Shown: positions 10,572 to 19,526 of the stretch, piece by piece
Position numbering within the stretch: position 1 is the first letter of the stretch
Layout: each line of letters begins with the position of its first letter
From: a virus
Lineage: Duplodnaviria > Caudoviricetes
Direction: 5' to 3' (one strand)
Virus record (IMG/VR): IMGVR_UViG_3300037067_011079
Span: 781-64,780 of that record
DNA: 64,000 nt
Notes under the pieces: generated by a model
What the model was told of the DNA's origin: nothing
Databases searched by the model: none
Seen by the model: only the letters and a program-made list of their open reading frames with translations
Program-made: the position numbers and the translations under genes

Positions 10572-10772
10572 TTATACTTTTGGTGTTAGAATGTAATCTT
10601 CTTCCAATGCCGCCTTAAGCAATGGATAGAACACTGTGAAAATATTTGCCTGATCCGGCTCGCTGCCCGCCAAAAGTGCTAGAATCTGAGGATATAGCGA
10701 GGCGGCAAGCACCGCCTCATCTACATTGTACTCTATTTGCCCGACCTTCGGGTACGTATGCACTATCTTCAT
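10572..10772 (-). CDS. Small hypothetical tail-region protein
   Basis: ATGA overlap with the upstream tail tube paralogue. Confidence 0.55.
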   Translation of the reverse strand: MKIVHTYPKVGQIEYNVDEAVLAASLYPQILALLAGSEPDQANIFTVFYPLLKAALEEDYILTPKV

Positions 10773-11770
10773 GATTCCCTGAAGTACAGGGGAGTCCCAC
10801 ACGATTCCAGCGTCAGGCTTTGCTCAATGAGCTTGCCCGGATCTATGGTTATGCTGTTGCCCTTGATCACTGCATATCCTTCATATCTCCTGTCAGAGCT
10901 ATATGTATCGTAGAATATCGCGATCAGCTTCGCGGTTTCCGATGTCAGGTCCGTTGCATCGAGGCCGCCGGTTAGCGCGCCATTGGGTGATGCCAGAGCC
11001 GCCACTATGCCTACACCGGTTTCCGCCCCTGCAAGCGCAGCGGTGATCTTCAGGTTTGAGACGGCATCCGCCGTGCTCAGGGCAGCGACAAGCTCCAATG
11101 CTGTAGTGGTGATGGCCGGAACGGCAGAACTTGCCAAGGTCACGGTTATGGTCGTGCCAGTGACAGATACATCCGCCGTGGCATTTTCCACACCCGGATC
11201 GACCAGGACCAGCTCGTAGTCATTCCCATCCGTGCCGCCGGGCTCGTGGGTTAGGGTGATGTGGCTGTTGGCATCCCCACCCGATGTGGTCAACGTGGCC
11301 TGAGTTAGCGGCCAATATGCGCCTACTGTAGCCGTCCAATCCTTGTGAATGAGGCTTGCAGACGGGACAGAATCGCCCAGGCACATAGATTTTTCGGTAA
11401 CCCATGACATATCCAGCCGCCAATCCTTAGCTCCTAGGCACTTGGCATAAGTGTAATAATTACCAGAGTGGACCCGGACGGCATGGCCTGAAGTGAGGGC
11501 CGAACTCAAAAATATCCTGCCGCCGGCGTATTGGACTTCTGCGGGGGTCAGTGTTTGCCAGTCGGTGATTCCTTGATCTTCCTGGAACACCACAGCGGCA
11601 TTATCTTTTATGTACCGCTTAGTGTCGTCTGTGACCTGATAGACGGTATAGCGAGGATAGCCTTCAGCCGAAAGGTTCACCTCCGACATGGCTTCATCGC
11701 TGTATGCGCTGCCTGTTCCTTTGGCTAAATAGAATGCAGCGACCTTACCAGTGCTGTTAACAAGAGCCAT
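10769..11770 (-). CDS. Tail tube protein paralogue with N-terminal extension and internal insertion
   Basis: LDMSWVTEKSMCLGDSVPSASLIHKDWTAT aligns with IDPAWSTEKLMHLQDTAPSALLNFKEWTVT of 11783..12184. Confidence 0.65.
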   Translation of the reverse strand: MALVNSTGKVAAFYLAKGTGSAYSDEAMSEVNLSAEGYPRYTVYQVTDDTKRYIKDNAAVVFQEDQGITDWQTLTPAEVQYAGGRIFLSSALTSGHAVRVHSGNYYTYAKCLGAKDWRLDMSWVTEKSMCLGDSVPSASLIHKDWTATVGAYWPLTQATLTTSGGDANSHITLTHEPGGTDGNDYELVLVDPGVENATADVSVTGTTITVTLASSAVPAITTTALELVAALSTADAVSNLKITAALAGAETGVGIVAALASPNGALTGGLDATDLTSETAKLIAIFYDTYSSDRRYEGYAVIKGNSITIDPGKLIEQSLTLESCGTPLYFRES

Positions 11771-11782
11771 TTAAGACTCTCC

Positions 11783-12184
11783 TCACAGGCTGTTGGTAAT
11801 CGCAGTGCCCATGTACGGCTCGAAGGTCACGCTTGCGGTATTGGACTTGTTGGGGTCCACATTGATGCTATATTTGGTGACAACTGCCGTGCTGGTCCAA
11901 TAATGGGTAGCATCCACGTAGCCTTTGAATGCCAGGCTGGTGCCGTCATCGAACGCCGTCCGGATGAGATCCTGGCCGGCATCTGCAAGATCCTCGGTCA
12001 GATCAAAGGTTACAGTCCATTCCTTGAAGTTGAGCAGTGCGCTAGGTGCGGTATCCTGCAAATGCATGAGCTTTTCGGTGCTCCATGCTGGATCGATTTT
12101 CAGATTTCTAACTCCGAGTACAGAGGTGTCCGCGCCGCTGACTTTCAGATTACCGGCGCGGCCTGGTGCATTAACTAGACTCAT
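11783..12184 (-). CDS. Major tail tube protein, minimal form
   Basis: 133 aa beta-rich protein after the terminator-like gene; tube-like C-terminal pattern. Confidence 0.7.
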   Translation of the reverse strand: MSLVNAPGRAGNLKVSGADTSVLGVRNLKIDPAWSTEKLMHLQDTAPSALLNFKEWTVTFDLTEDLADAGQDLIRTAFDDGTSLAFKGYVDATHYWTSTAVVTKYSINVDPNKSNTASVTFEPYMGTAITNSL

Positions 12185-12276
12185 TTATTCAATTCTCCTT
12201 CAATTGTTTTTGCAAAAACATTCATAGACTATGCATAGCCTCAGCTTCTTGGTAGATGCATCATAGGCGAAAAATA

Positions 12277-12687
12277 TCAAATGTAATCAATTGTAAGAAT
12301 CTCTAACCAGATACTCAGATCGTCGCTTGTATCCGAAAACTGGTAGATGTTTGTCAGATTAAACGGGATGGTTGCCCCTTGCCAGGGCAGGCTTACCGCC
12401 GTGCTCAGGTAGGCTATGACGGCATCCGCCAGATCCTTGCATTCTTGCTCACTGCTTTTCGATATGCAGCGAACTTCAATTTGGCCGAACTTCTCCATGT
12501 CGGATGCCCCGAGATAGGGCTTTCTGGTAACTGGAAGGTCGCATATCGCGATACATGCATACGGAGATGCCGCGAGCAAGGCATCCTGCAAGGTAAAGTT
12601 CCGGCCCGATATAACGCCCGAGATCAATATAGATATACCGGAATCGTTTTGCAGTGCGGCGGCTAAGGCGGCGGATAAGGAAGACAT
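12277..12687 (-). CDS. Tail terminator/completion protein (DUF3168-like)
   Basis: Size, position and the pattern L..L.ND..I..l...PY..I...QIEVRC.S....CK.LADAV..YL. Confidence 0.6.
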   Translation of the reverse strand: MSSLSAALAAALQNDSGISILISGVISGRNFTLQDALLAASPYACIAICDLPVTRKPYLGASDMEKFGQIEVRCISKSSEQECKDLADAVIAYLSTAVSLPWQGATIPFNLTNIYQFSDTSDDLSIWLEILTIDYI

Positions 12688-12733
12688 GGGGGGACCTCGA
12701 TAAGTATTTATGTGATAAAATCAATTTGCGTAT

Positions 12734-12883
12734 ATGGATAATTGGAAATTATCAGAACCATACAACTTGGGCGATGTCGTATCGCATTTGATCTGGATCA
12801 TGCCGAAATTTTATGGCCCGCGTCGGCTGTCCGATTTGGCAAAAGATCATGAGTTTTGGGAGGTCAAAGCGGCCTATCCATAA
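12734..12883 (+). CDS. 49 aa microprotein resembling a degenerate CBM5/12-like module
   Basis: MDNWKLSEPYNLGDVVSH...HEFWEV; below the ORF-track cutoff. Confidence 0.35.
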   Translation: MDNWKLSEPYNLGDVVSHLIWIMPKFYGPRRLSDLAKDHEFWEVKAAYP

Positions 12884-12914
12884 CTATATAAGACAAGAAA
12901 TCAATTCGCTTGTC

Positions 12915-13145
12915 ATGAAGATAATACTAACAATGATCCTTTTGGCGCTTTTAGTGACATGCGCAGATGCCAGGATGCCGCAAGTCGGTGAGAAAGTATC
13001 GATCAAGACCGTGAACACTGACATAGACGGGGTGGTCACAGAGATAGCCGATACCATGATAAGCGTCGAGGGCTACATGGGGTCCAATAAGATTGATGTT
13101 TGTATCGGCCTTGGGAGCATCACGACATTGACGTGGGTAACCTAG
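12915..13145 (+). CDS. Small secreted protein, possibly Sm/SH3-like beta-barrel
   Basis: Signal peptide MKIILTMILLALLVTCADA; TATA-like CTATATAAG ~25 nt upstream; opposite strand to the tail operon. Confidence 0.65.
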   Translation: MKIILTMILLALLVTCADARMPQVGEKVSIKTVNTDIDGVVTEIADTMISVEGYMGSNKIDVCIGLGSITTLTWVT

Positions 13146-13516
13146 TCGCCAAACACTCTATCTATACATTCTTCCGATTTGACCATCATGACCATGCCGC
13201 CCGGCCTGATATGCGGGCTGAATCCCCACGTTTTTTCGCTATCTATCGGGCCGGTTTCCTGCGCCGCGCCATATTCGACCCCATTCGCGAGAGTTATCGC
13301 AAACTGGCATGGCGCGATCCTGGTTACGCTTGATGCCTCGGCGATGCTATCTTTCAGTGCCCCGGTATCCTTTCGGCACATGCCCTGCGCGGCAGCGACA
13401 CCTTCTAAGAGGATTTGCTGCGAGGCTTGCATGCCATTGGAATCTAGGCGCTTGATCTCTTCGGCTATAGCGGCACGGATAGCAGATTGATCTATCTTGA
13501 ACTGGATGTCACCCAT
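13142..13516 (-). CDS. HK97 gp10-like tail component
   Basis: A...C..DTGALKDSI...NGVEYGAAQETG...PHIRPG pattern. Confidence 0.7.
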   Translation of the reverse strand: MGDIQFKIDQSAIRAAIAEEIKRLDSNGMQASQQILLEGVAAAQGMCRKDTGALKDSIAEASSVTRIAPCQFAITLANGVEYGAAQETGPIDSEKTWGFSPHIRPGGMVMMVKSEECIDRVFGD

Positions 13517-14258
13517 ATAGCTCCTGCAATTTTGCCATGCTAGGATGAGGATGATCGGCAACCTTGGGCGAAAAATTGAACTCTTCCCATCCGCGACAAT
13601 TAATATCTACTTCTCCGGGATACATCTCGCCGTTGCTGTATGGGCGATCCATCGGCACTTCTTCCCCCATTATCTTTCGGTGAGATGGTCGCGTTCTGTG
13701 ATCGCCTACCTCACGCCGTATCCTAGATTTTGCTCCAGCTTCCAGCGAAATGATTCTTGCTCCTGATCGTATGGCCCGGCCTCTTTCCGTCCTGATTATC
13801 GTTTCCGGCCTATGGCCCGCGACTATCGAGACCAGGTTAGGCTCCTTGAGGATTTGCCTAGCCAATGGTCTTTCATTCTTCATCGAATTTTGCCAGATGA
13901 AGGCAGTAAGGCGCTTCTGGTCGGTGGCGGTCATGCGCTTAATCAGGAACCCGCCTCTTGCCCCCATGTAATCGGTCGCGATCTCGCGAACGTTGGGAGG
14001 CTTGATCAGGCCATATGCAACGATGAAGGCGGTACCGAAATCTACCATCTCAGGAAACAGCCACTTCTCCAAGACGCTCCAGACTTCGCGATTCTTGGCC
14101 AGGGAGGCTTTGCGATAGGCCGCCATCGCGCGGGGATTGAGAAGATCGGTTGCTGTATATGGTCCAGCGATATCGAAAAACCGTTGGCTTTTCAGGTACG
14201 CTTCGATTTCCGGGCCAAATTTCTTCAGGACGGCGGCAACCTCGCGATCAGGTAGCAT
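13509..14258 (-). CDS. Phage head morphogenesis protein (MuF/SPP1 gp7-like)
   Basis: TIIRTE...GDHRTRPSHRKI.GE.V.MDRPYSNG.MYPG...INCRG. Confidence 0.8.
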   Translation of the reverse strand: MLPDREVAAVLKKFGPEIEAYLKSQRFFDIAGPYTATDLLNPRAMAAYRKASLAKNREVWSVLEKWLFPEMVDFGTAFIVAYGLIKPPNVREIATDYMGARGGFLIKRMTATDQKRLTAFIWQNSMKNERPLARQILKEPNLVSIVAGHRPETIIRTERGRAIRSGARIISLEAGAKSRIRREVGDHRTRPSHRKIMGEEVPMDRPYSNGEMYPGEVDINCRGWEEFNFSPKVADHPHPSMAKLQELYG

Positions 14259-14267
14259 TGGAAACCT

Positions 14268-14597
14268 CTAGCTGCATATATCGTTCCTCGGCCAATCGAT
14301 ACTCATAAAATCATACGTATAATAATCCCCCATATACAAACCAAATGGCGTATATTCCCAGGATAGCTCTCTCAATTGCCGCTTATCTGCTTGTCTGCGC
14401 CCCATGTACCGCTTTTCCTTCAGCCTCTTGCATGTCGCGCAATTGCCCATGCAGTATGCCCCATATCGCCTGAAGATATACCAGTCCTCTGCAATGGCAA
14501 CTATCCTAGGATCATCCAGATTGCTCATGATCCATCCTTTTAGGCCGGGGCCGCCCAGAAGTGGCCGCTTGTGGTAATCTCTGATCGTGTGGCTCAT
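14268..14597 (-). CDS. Hypothetical protein with a CxxxCxxC-spaced Cys cluster (CMGNCATC)
   Basis: ORF track; fits the minus-strand operon. Confidence 0.5.
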   Translation of the reverse strand: MSHTIRDYHKRPLLGGPGLKGWIMSNLDDPRIVAIAEDWYIFRRYGAYCMGNCATCKRLKEKRYMGRRQADKRQLRELSWEYTPFGLYMGDYYTYDFMSIDWPRNDICS

Positions 14598-14923
14598 CTA
14601 CGTGTAACCTGCAATTGCATGTCGATCTGTCAGAAAGTCCTAAAATGCATTCCAGCCAACAACTGATTCCTATAGTCTTGGTAAAACCGGGTTTACAATT
14701 CGCCGATATCGATTTTTCGATAGCAGTAAAACGAAAAGTGAATTTCACTTTCCGCCGCGCAACCCCATGCGTTACCGGGCGTGATCTATATTTATAGAAT
14801 TTTTCTGATCGCAGGCAGCGATTTGGCGGCATGGTTGGTTGGTATGTACAACTTGTTAGCGTGCTAGATGTTAGCACGATGCATAGATAACTATAAATAG
14901 ACGTACGTACGTACATAGTATCT

Positions 14924-15058
14924 ATGGCAAGAATCACCAGAACAATCGGAAAACTCTGGAATAGGCTCTGCGACAAGTCCGAAACCGTTGATCACCTTGA
15001 TAGCATGATCCGCTACAGGATCGCGCTCATGGGGGGATTTAATGCCCAAACTTTTTGA
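14924..15058 (+). CDS. 44 aa hypothetical protein, probably leaderless
   Basis: TATAAATA ~25 nt before the ATG; overlaps the next ORF. Confidence 0.45.
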   Translation: MARITRTIGKLWNRLCDKSETVDHLDSMIRYRIALMGGFNAQTF

Positions 15059-15263
15059 CTCGTTTGGAAACGAGATCGGAAAGGAATATTTCATGACCCT
15101 AAATTCTTCATGGGACGGCCAATTTTTTGAATTTGCCAATGGAGCAAAGGTCGTCTTTGCTCGAAAATATGGAGGCATGGGATTTGATCGCTTATGGGAA
15201 AACACGAATGGGGGCTTAGAAACCTATGAGCACTGGAGAAGGCACGGCTGCCTCCCGACCTGA
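15042..15263 (+). CDS. Hypothetical protein
   Basis: ORF track; GGGGGA upstream. Confidence 0.55.
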   Translation: MPKLFDSFGNEIGKEYFMTLNSSWDGQFFEFANGAKVVFARKYGGMGFDRLWENTNGGLETYEHWRRHGCLPT

Positions 15264-15368
15264 CCCCCTCGTGTCGGTCAGCATAAAAATTAGGGCCTCC
15301 CAACGAGAAAAGGTGCGAAATATCAATCTCTCCGAGGGGGTTCGCGATTGGATTGATCGCGGTATGCC

Positions 15369-15695
15369 CTAACCAAATTTCCTGAATAATCGAGTCAGCC
15401 GGTGTTGCGAGTTCTCGGTGGGGGCCTTTTCTGGTGTCATGCCCGCTGCCTTGAATGCGCTCACAAGCTTTCTCATCTCGGCCTTATAATCACCCCTTTC
15501 GCCGGCGGCGGCGGTTGCCGCTTCTATCTGATTTTCTGACATTTTTGAATGGATCGGCACGCCACTATATCCCAGTGTTTTGGGCTCATTTGCCTTATTC
15601 GCTTCTCTGAATACCTCGCCGGGTTGCTGATTATCCGGCAGCGATGCACCGCCCCCGCCGCCAGATTTACTTCCGCCACTGCCACCACAACACAT
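15369..15695 (-). CDS. MCCGG-tag protein 2 (108 aa)
   Basis: Starts MCCGGSGGSKSGGGGGAS; AGGTG SD upstream; TATAAATA further upstream. Confidence 0.8.
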   Translation of the reverse strand: MCCGGSGGSKSGGGGGASLPDNQQPGEVFREANKANEPKTLGYSGVPIHSKMSENQIEAATAAAGERGDYKAEMRKLVSAFKAAGMTPEKAPTENSQHRLTRLFRKFG

Positions 15696-15810
15696 AATTA
15701 TGCACCTATCCATTTATCATATATTTTCATTTTGGGTAACTCCGAGGGAAGGTTATTTATACCATTATAGCCACTATAGTTATTGTGCGAAGGCACAAGG
15801 ACTGATACAA

Positions 15811-16137
15811 ATGGTAACTCAAGAAGCAATCAATATGATAATGTCTGGAAAGCATTCTGAGAAAATCGTCGCCGAAGAGGACGATGATTACTCCGAAAAG
15901 CTCCAGCGAGCGGCGGTTTCCTGCGAAGTTCCTGAATGGGTCAGGCGAGCCTCCCAAAGGATCATAGAGTCTTCTATGAGGCAGAATATCCCCGTAGATC
16001 GCGTGAGCTTCGACTCAGTTGGCCTCGGACTGCACGACAACATTGTAGAAGCCGCCATCATTGGATGCGAGTCAGAGCGATTCTTCAAGATTGTGATGAA
16101 TTTTGAAGAGGCAATCGAGAATATGAGGGGCTTCTAA
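15811..16137 (+). CDS. Hypothetical acidic protein
   Basis: ORF track, start corrected to MVTQEA. Confidence 0.6.
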   Translation: MVTQEAINMIMSGKHSEKIVAEEDDDYSEKLQRAAVSCEVPEWVRRASQRIIESSMRQNIPVDRVSFDSVGLGLHDNIVEAAIIGCESERFFKIVMNFEEAIENMRGF

Positions 16138-16374
16138 ATGGTCCGCCCCTGTAATTTTTGGGTAGATCAGGCAGACAAGTTTCACGGGGATTGCCAACAC
16201 CCGGATGTCCAACCGGGCACACCCTGTATCCTGAATACAGAGGACCACTGCATTCTCAGAGAGGAGTCTTCGACCACGATTCAGGTCTCTCGGCGAAATC
16301 GTGCCAGGCTGGAAAAGGTGGCATCGACCGCGAATTTAGCGGTCGAGAAGCTGCTAGATGACGCAGGATATTAG
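16138..16374 (+). CDS. Small Cys-containing protein with RHH-like C-terminus
   Basis: C-terminal TTIQVSRRNRARLEKV...AVEKLLD; abuts the upstream ORF. Confidence 0.55.
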   Translation: MVRPCNFWVDQADKFHGDCQHPDVQPGTPCILNTEDHCILREESSTTIQVSRRNRARLEKVASTANLAVEKLLDDAGY

Positions 16375-16856
16375 AAGAGAGTTGGGTCCCACTTTCGGCC
16401 AACTCTCTTCTCATATTCTTTGTCGAACTCCTTTTGTGATTGTTTTTTGGGCATCGGATTCGCTTTGGCATATTTTGTCGCCTCCGCCGGGGATCTGATA
16501 CCATAACCACGCGGCAAGGCATCATGTAAGGGATCGCCAGCAAACGGATCATTCCTGGTATTCTGCGTGACCCGTCTTGGTTGAATGACCGCTGCCCGTT
16601 GCGGTGCGTTGGATTTTCCCAAGAGTTCATGTGGCTTGATTTTCGCGGCAGTCGCTAAATCGGATGCCTTGAACATTAAATCCTTCGCGGTTGCATAATC
16701 TCCTTTGGATTTTGCTTCATTGGCTTGCGCTTGCATCAACTTTACGGCTTCAATTACTTGACTTCGTTGCAGACTTCCCGATGATATGTTCTCTTGGATT
16801 GTATTGCCGCCGCCACCTCCGCCCGATTTACTTCCTCCGCTTCCACCACAGCACAT
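16371..16856 (-). CDS. MCCGG-tag protein 1 (161 aa, basic)
   Basis: Starts MCCGGSGGSKSGGGGGGN; the ATG overlaps the radical SAM stop codon (TAATG); GAGGTG SD. Confidence 0.85.
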   Translation of the reverse strand: MCCGGSGGSKSGGGGGGNTIQENISSGSLQRSQVIEAVKLMQAQANEAKSKGDYATAKDLMFKASDLATAAKIKPHELLGKSNAPQRAAVIQPRRVTQNTRNDPFAGDPLHDALPRGYGIRSPAEATKYAKANPMPKKQSQKEFDKEYEKRVGRKWDPTLF

Positions 16857-17962
16857 TAAGAACACCTCGAATAAGTCATATCGTCTTTGTGAAAAACAAT
16901 GCCCGGAACCGCCTTAGTCAATCGGCCCTTAGACCATTCCATTGCAAATTCCTTGTCCCAAGGACAGTCTAAACCAGCCATATATTCCTCATAGCTCGTA
17001 TGCTCAGTTATCTTATGCCCTCGGACATGATACGCCCAAGGAGCAGCCGCAAATCCCGGCGCACCATCGATGCCACAACATGACCTCCAGTTACGGGTTC
17101 CTGTAAAATCGTCAACAGACAGCACTTCCAGCCCAATCTCGCGACAGATCTCTTCCAGTTTCAGGATCTCTGTTTTTTGATCTGACAGACTGGCAATCCT
17201 GAAGTTGTGTCGTTGCTCCCAAGACACGCAAGAATTATCAGGCAAGTCATAGCCTAAAGTTTGGCGGAATCGCGCTCTGTCGTTGCCTGCATTGAAGAGC
17301 TTCAAGAAATTTGCTTGGACAGTCCTAACTCCGGCATCATGGGCGGCATTTAGCAGAACCTCCAGATTGCCACATAGATCGGGGATGTAAGGGACTAGCC
17401 GTAGGATGCAAGTAACGCCGGAATCGGAAAGAGTGGACATAGCAGCAAGCCGCCTCTTCCAGCTCGGAGCTGCAGGTTCTAGGACACTTAGCATGGCCTG
17501 ATCCTCACTTGATATGCTGCATTGTACCACAAGAGGCAGGCCGTCGATGGCCGCCAAATAGGGATCTTCTGTGAGCATGCCCGGCCACTTGGTAGTTATG
17601 ATGGTCGGATATTCGAAGTCTTTTAGGATGCCCAATGTCTTCAAGGTTATGCGATGCGCCTTTTCTAACGGCTGAAGAGGATCACTTGATGGTGACATCT
17701 GCACCGGATATCTGCGATCTATAAGCTGCCTCTCCATGCCGCGCGACTTATAGAAGATGTGCTCGATATATTTTATGGGGCTTGGGGCCACCTGGTCGAA
17801 ATGGCCCATCGCGCGACTATCCCATCTCGCGGTCTGCGCTCCCATGCTACAGTATTTGCATCCGCCTTGGCAACCCCTGTAACAATTGATTTTCAAGGGG
17901 ATGGGGCACAAGAGACGGTCGTCCCCATCGGCAATGAAGGCGGGGCGATTGTAGGGAAGCAT
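16856..17962 (-). CDS. Radical SAM enzyme (spore photoproduct lyase-like family)
   Basis: CQGGCKYC (CxxxCxxC); SDPLQP.E; ITTK; LEP.AP...RRL motifs. Confidence 0.9.
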   Translation of the reverse strand: MLPYNRPAFIADGDDRLLCPIPLKINCYRGCQGGCKYCSMGAQTARWDSRAMGHFDQVAPSPIKYIEHIFYKSRGMERQLIDRRYPVQMSPSSDPLQPLEKAHRITLKTLGILKDFEYPTIITTKWPGMLTEDPYLAAIDGLPLVVQCSISSEDQAMLSVLEPAAPSWKRRLAAMSTLSDSGVTCILRLVPYIPDLCGNLEVLLNAAHDAGVRTVQANFLKLFNAGNDRARFRQTLGYDLPDNSCVSWEQRHNFRIASLSDQKTEILKLEEICREIGLEVLSVDDFTGTRNWRSCCGIDGAPGFAAAPWAYHVRGHKITEHTSYEEYMAGLDCPWDKEFAMEWSKGRLTKAVPGIVFHKDDMTYSRCS

Positions 17963-18060
17963 GGAAGATTACCAAGAAAGGTCGCGAGCTGGAATATCAC
18001 TCACGATTTAATCAGCTCTCATGTCGCTAAAATTGTACTGTTTATAATCCAGAGTAAAGG

Positions 18061-18261
18061 CTAAAGTTTTAGTCTTTAGCTCTAAAATCAGATCTATCTA
18101 TCATTTTACTGCTTATATACTATCTATTTTATATCATATCCATATCCTAAGATACGATTATATAGAAATATGCGATAACCACATATTTCTTTCGCGAAGT
18201 CAGAGAAAGAGGGCAACCCGCCCCAAGTATCTGAGGAAAGGACTAAAGCCTAAAATTTTAG
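18061..18261. repeat. Imperfect 19 bp inverted repeats around an AT-rich core
   Basis: 18061-18079 CTAAAGTTTTAGTCTTTAG versus reverse complement of 18243-18261 CTAAAATTTTAGGCTTTAG (17/19 match). Confidence 0.6.
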
Positions 18262-18773
18262 GGTTCGCCTCTGAGCAAATGCTCATAATAAATCTTGGTA
18301 AGCTTGACCAGCTTGCCGCCAGAGGTCTTGCCATCAGTCACAACAAAACTCTTCTTGTCGGCCTCTAGGAGCTTGCCAAAATGAGTCATGTTTTGCTCGC
18401 GAGTATTCTTGCCGTTCTTTCGCGAACCTAGCTCTAAGAACTTGCCAATCTGAGCGTAAGTCATGCCGATATTCTTGGTTGCGACAAGTTGGTCCGCGAG
18501 GGCCTTCTTTCTGGCATCGGACTTCTTACCGGGTTTCGCGACCTTAGCGGCATACTTCAGATCTTGGATATATTCAGATTGCTTGTTGAGCCTTAATTCA
18601 TGTTCGTTTATTTGCGATTTAAGGCCCATATTTTCTTTTTCTAAGATAATCAGTCGTTCTAGTATCTGATCGTTGAGCCTTGCCCGTTCTGTGAGATCCT
18701 GGTATGTTTCCGTGAGGATCGTGGTAAGCGTCGGCCCTTCCATCATCGCCTCAGCCCCCATACCAGATCGCAC
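18258..18773 (-). CDS. Coiled-coil plus HTH-like DNA-binding protein
   Basis: Heptad N-terminal half; GMTYAQIGKFLEL HTH-like segment; basic. Confidence 0.55.
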   Translation of the reverse strand: MRSGMGAEAMMEGPTLTTILTETYQDLTERARLNDQILERLIILEKENMGLKSQINEHELRLNKQSEYIQDLKYAAKVAKPGKKSDARKKALADQLVATKNIGMTYAQIGKFLELGSRKNGKNTREQNMTHFGKLLEADKKSFVVTDGKTSGGKLVKLTKIYYEHLLRGEP

Positions 18774-19036
18774 CCATCAACAACGGTCGCGATGGGCGTA
18801 TTGCCCCATTTCGCGCGATATAGGTCGAGGGCAGTCTTGAACTCGATGATGTGCGCCTCTCCGCACATGCCACGCACCAAGTGCGACGGCTTGGCTGATA
18901 GGAGATATTCGTCTACCTTCAAGCATGCCCGCCCAAAGGCTGAAATAGGATTGACGCCTTCTTGCATATGTAATCCCTTCCACAGGTTACAATGCTTAGG
19001 CTGAGCAAAGGGTCTTACCGTTTCCCTTTGTCTCAC
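18743..19036 (-). CDS. Hypothetical protein
   Basis: ORF track; operon context. Confidence 0.5.
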   Translation of the reverse strand: MRQRETVRPFAQPKHCNLWKGLHMQEGVNPISAFGRACLKVDEYLLSAKPSHLVRGMCGEAHIIEFKTALDLYRAKWGNTPIATVVDGCDLVWGLRR

Positions 19037-19178
19037 CTATTTGCTTTTCATGCTCTATTCCTGCCAGTATCAGCTCATTGATTACCTTACTCTGCTCCTT
19101 TAGCCGCCTTCCCGATACGGCCATGAACATAGCCAGCTCTCGCGCTACGTCCTCGCGCATTTCAACCGTGGTGATCAT
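18996..19178 (-). CDS. Ribbon-helix-helix regulator
   Basis: ITTVEMREDVAREL...QSKVINELILAGI. Confidence 0.6.
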   Translation of the reverse strand: MITTVEMREDVARELAMFMAVSGRRLKEQSKVINELILAGIEHEKQIGETKGNGKTLCSA

Positions 19179-19298
19179 GAGGGATACTTATGAAGGCTTA
19201 TGGTTTATATACCTTTCTAGGTAAAATATGCAACCTAGATGAGTATGCGAAAAGGTTAAATACTAGCGAAGCCTACTAGGGTATAGAGGTAAGATTAA

Positions 19299-19499
19299 AT
19301 GAGAGATATTGTAGTATTCGAGCGCGATGCGCGCTATACAGAATCGGGAAAAGACGAACTCGGCTTTAGGCTCCATAGGAGCATTTTGCCTGCCGGATCT
19401 TCTCCGGTGGCAATTGTCAACGATAACCAGATTATGGTTATTGGTGGGCAGTGGTTCACGCAAGAAGAGATAATTGCGTATATCAGAGAGGTGGCTTAA
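19299..19499 (+). CDS. Hypothetical protein, first gene of a divergent plus-strand operon
   Basis: GAGGTA SD; ORF track. Confidence 0.6.
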   Translation: MRDIVVFERDARYTESGKDELGFRLHRSILPAGSSPVAIVNDNQIMVIGGQWFTQEEIIAYIREVA

Positions 19500-19526
19500 T
19501 TTCTTTTTGAGGAGATGAAGGAAAAC

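Noticed and set aside
14512-14976. 154 aa minus-strand ORF as a real gene
   Set aside because: Implausible composition, and it overlaps a TATA-supported plus-strand ORF.
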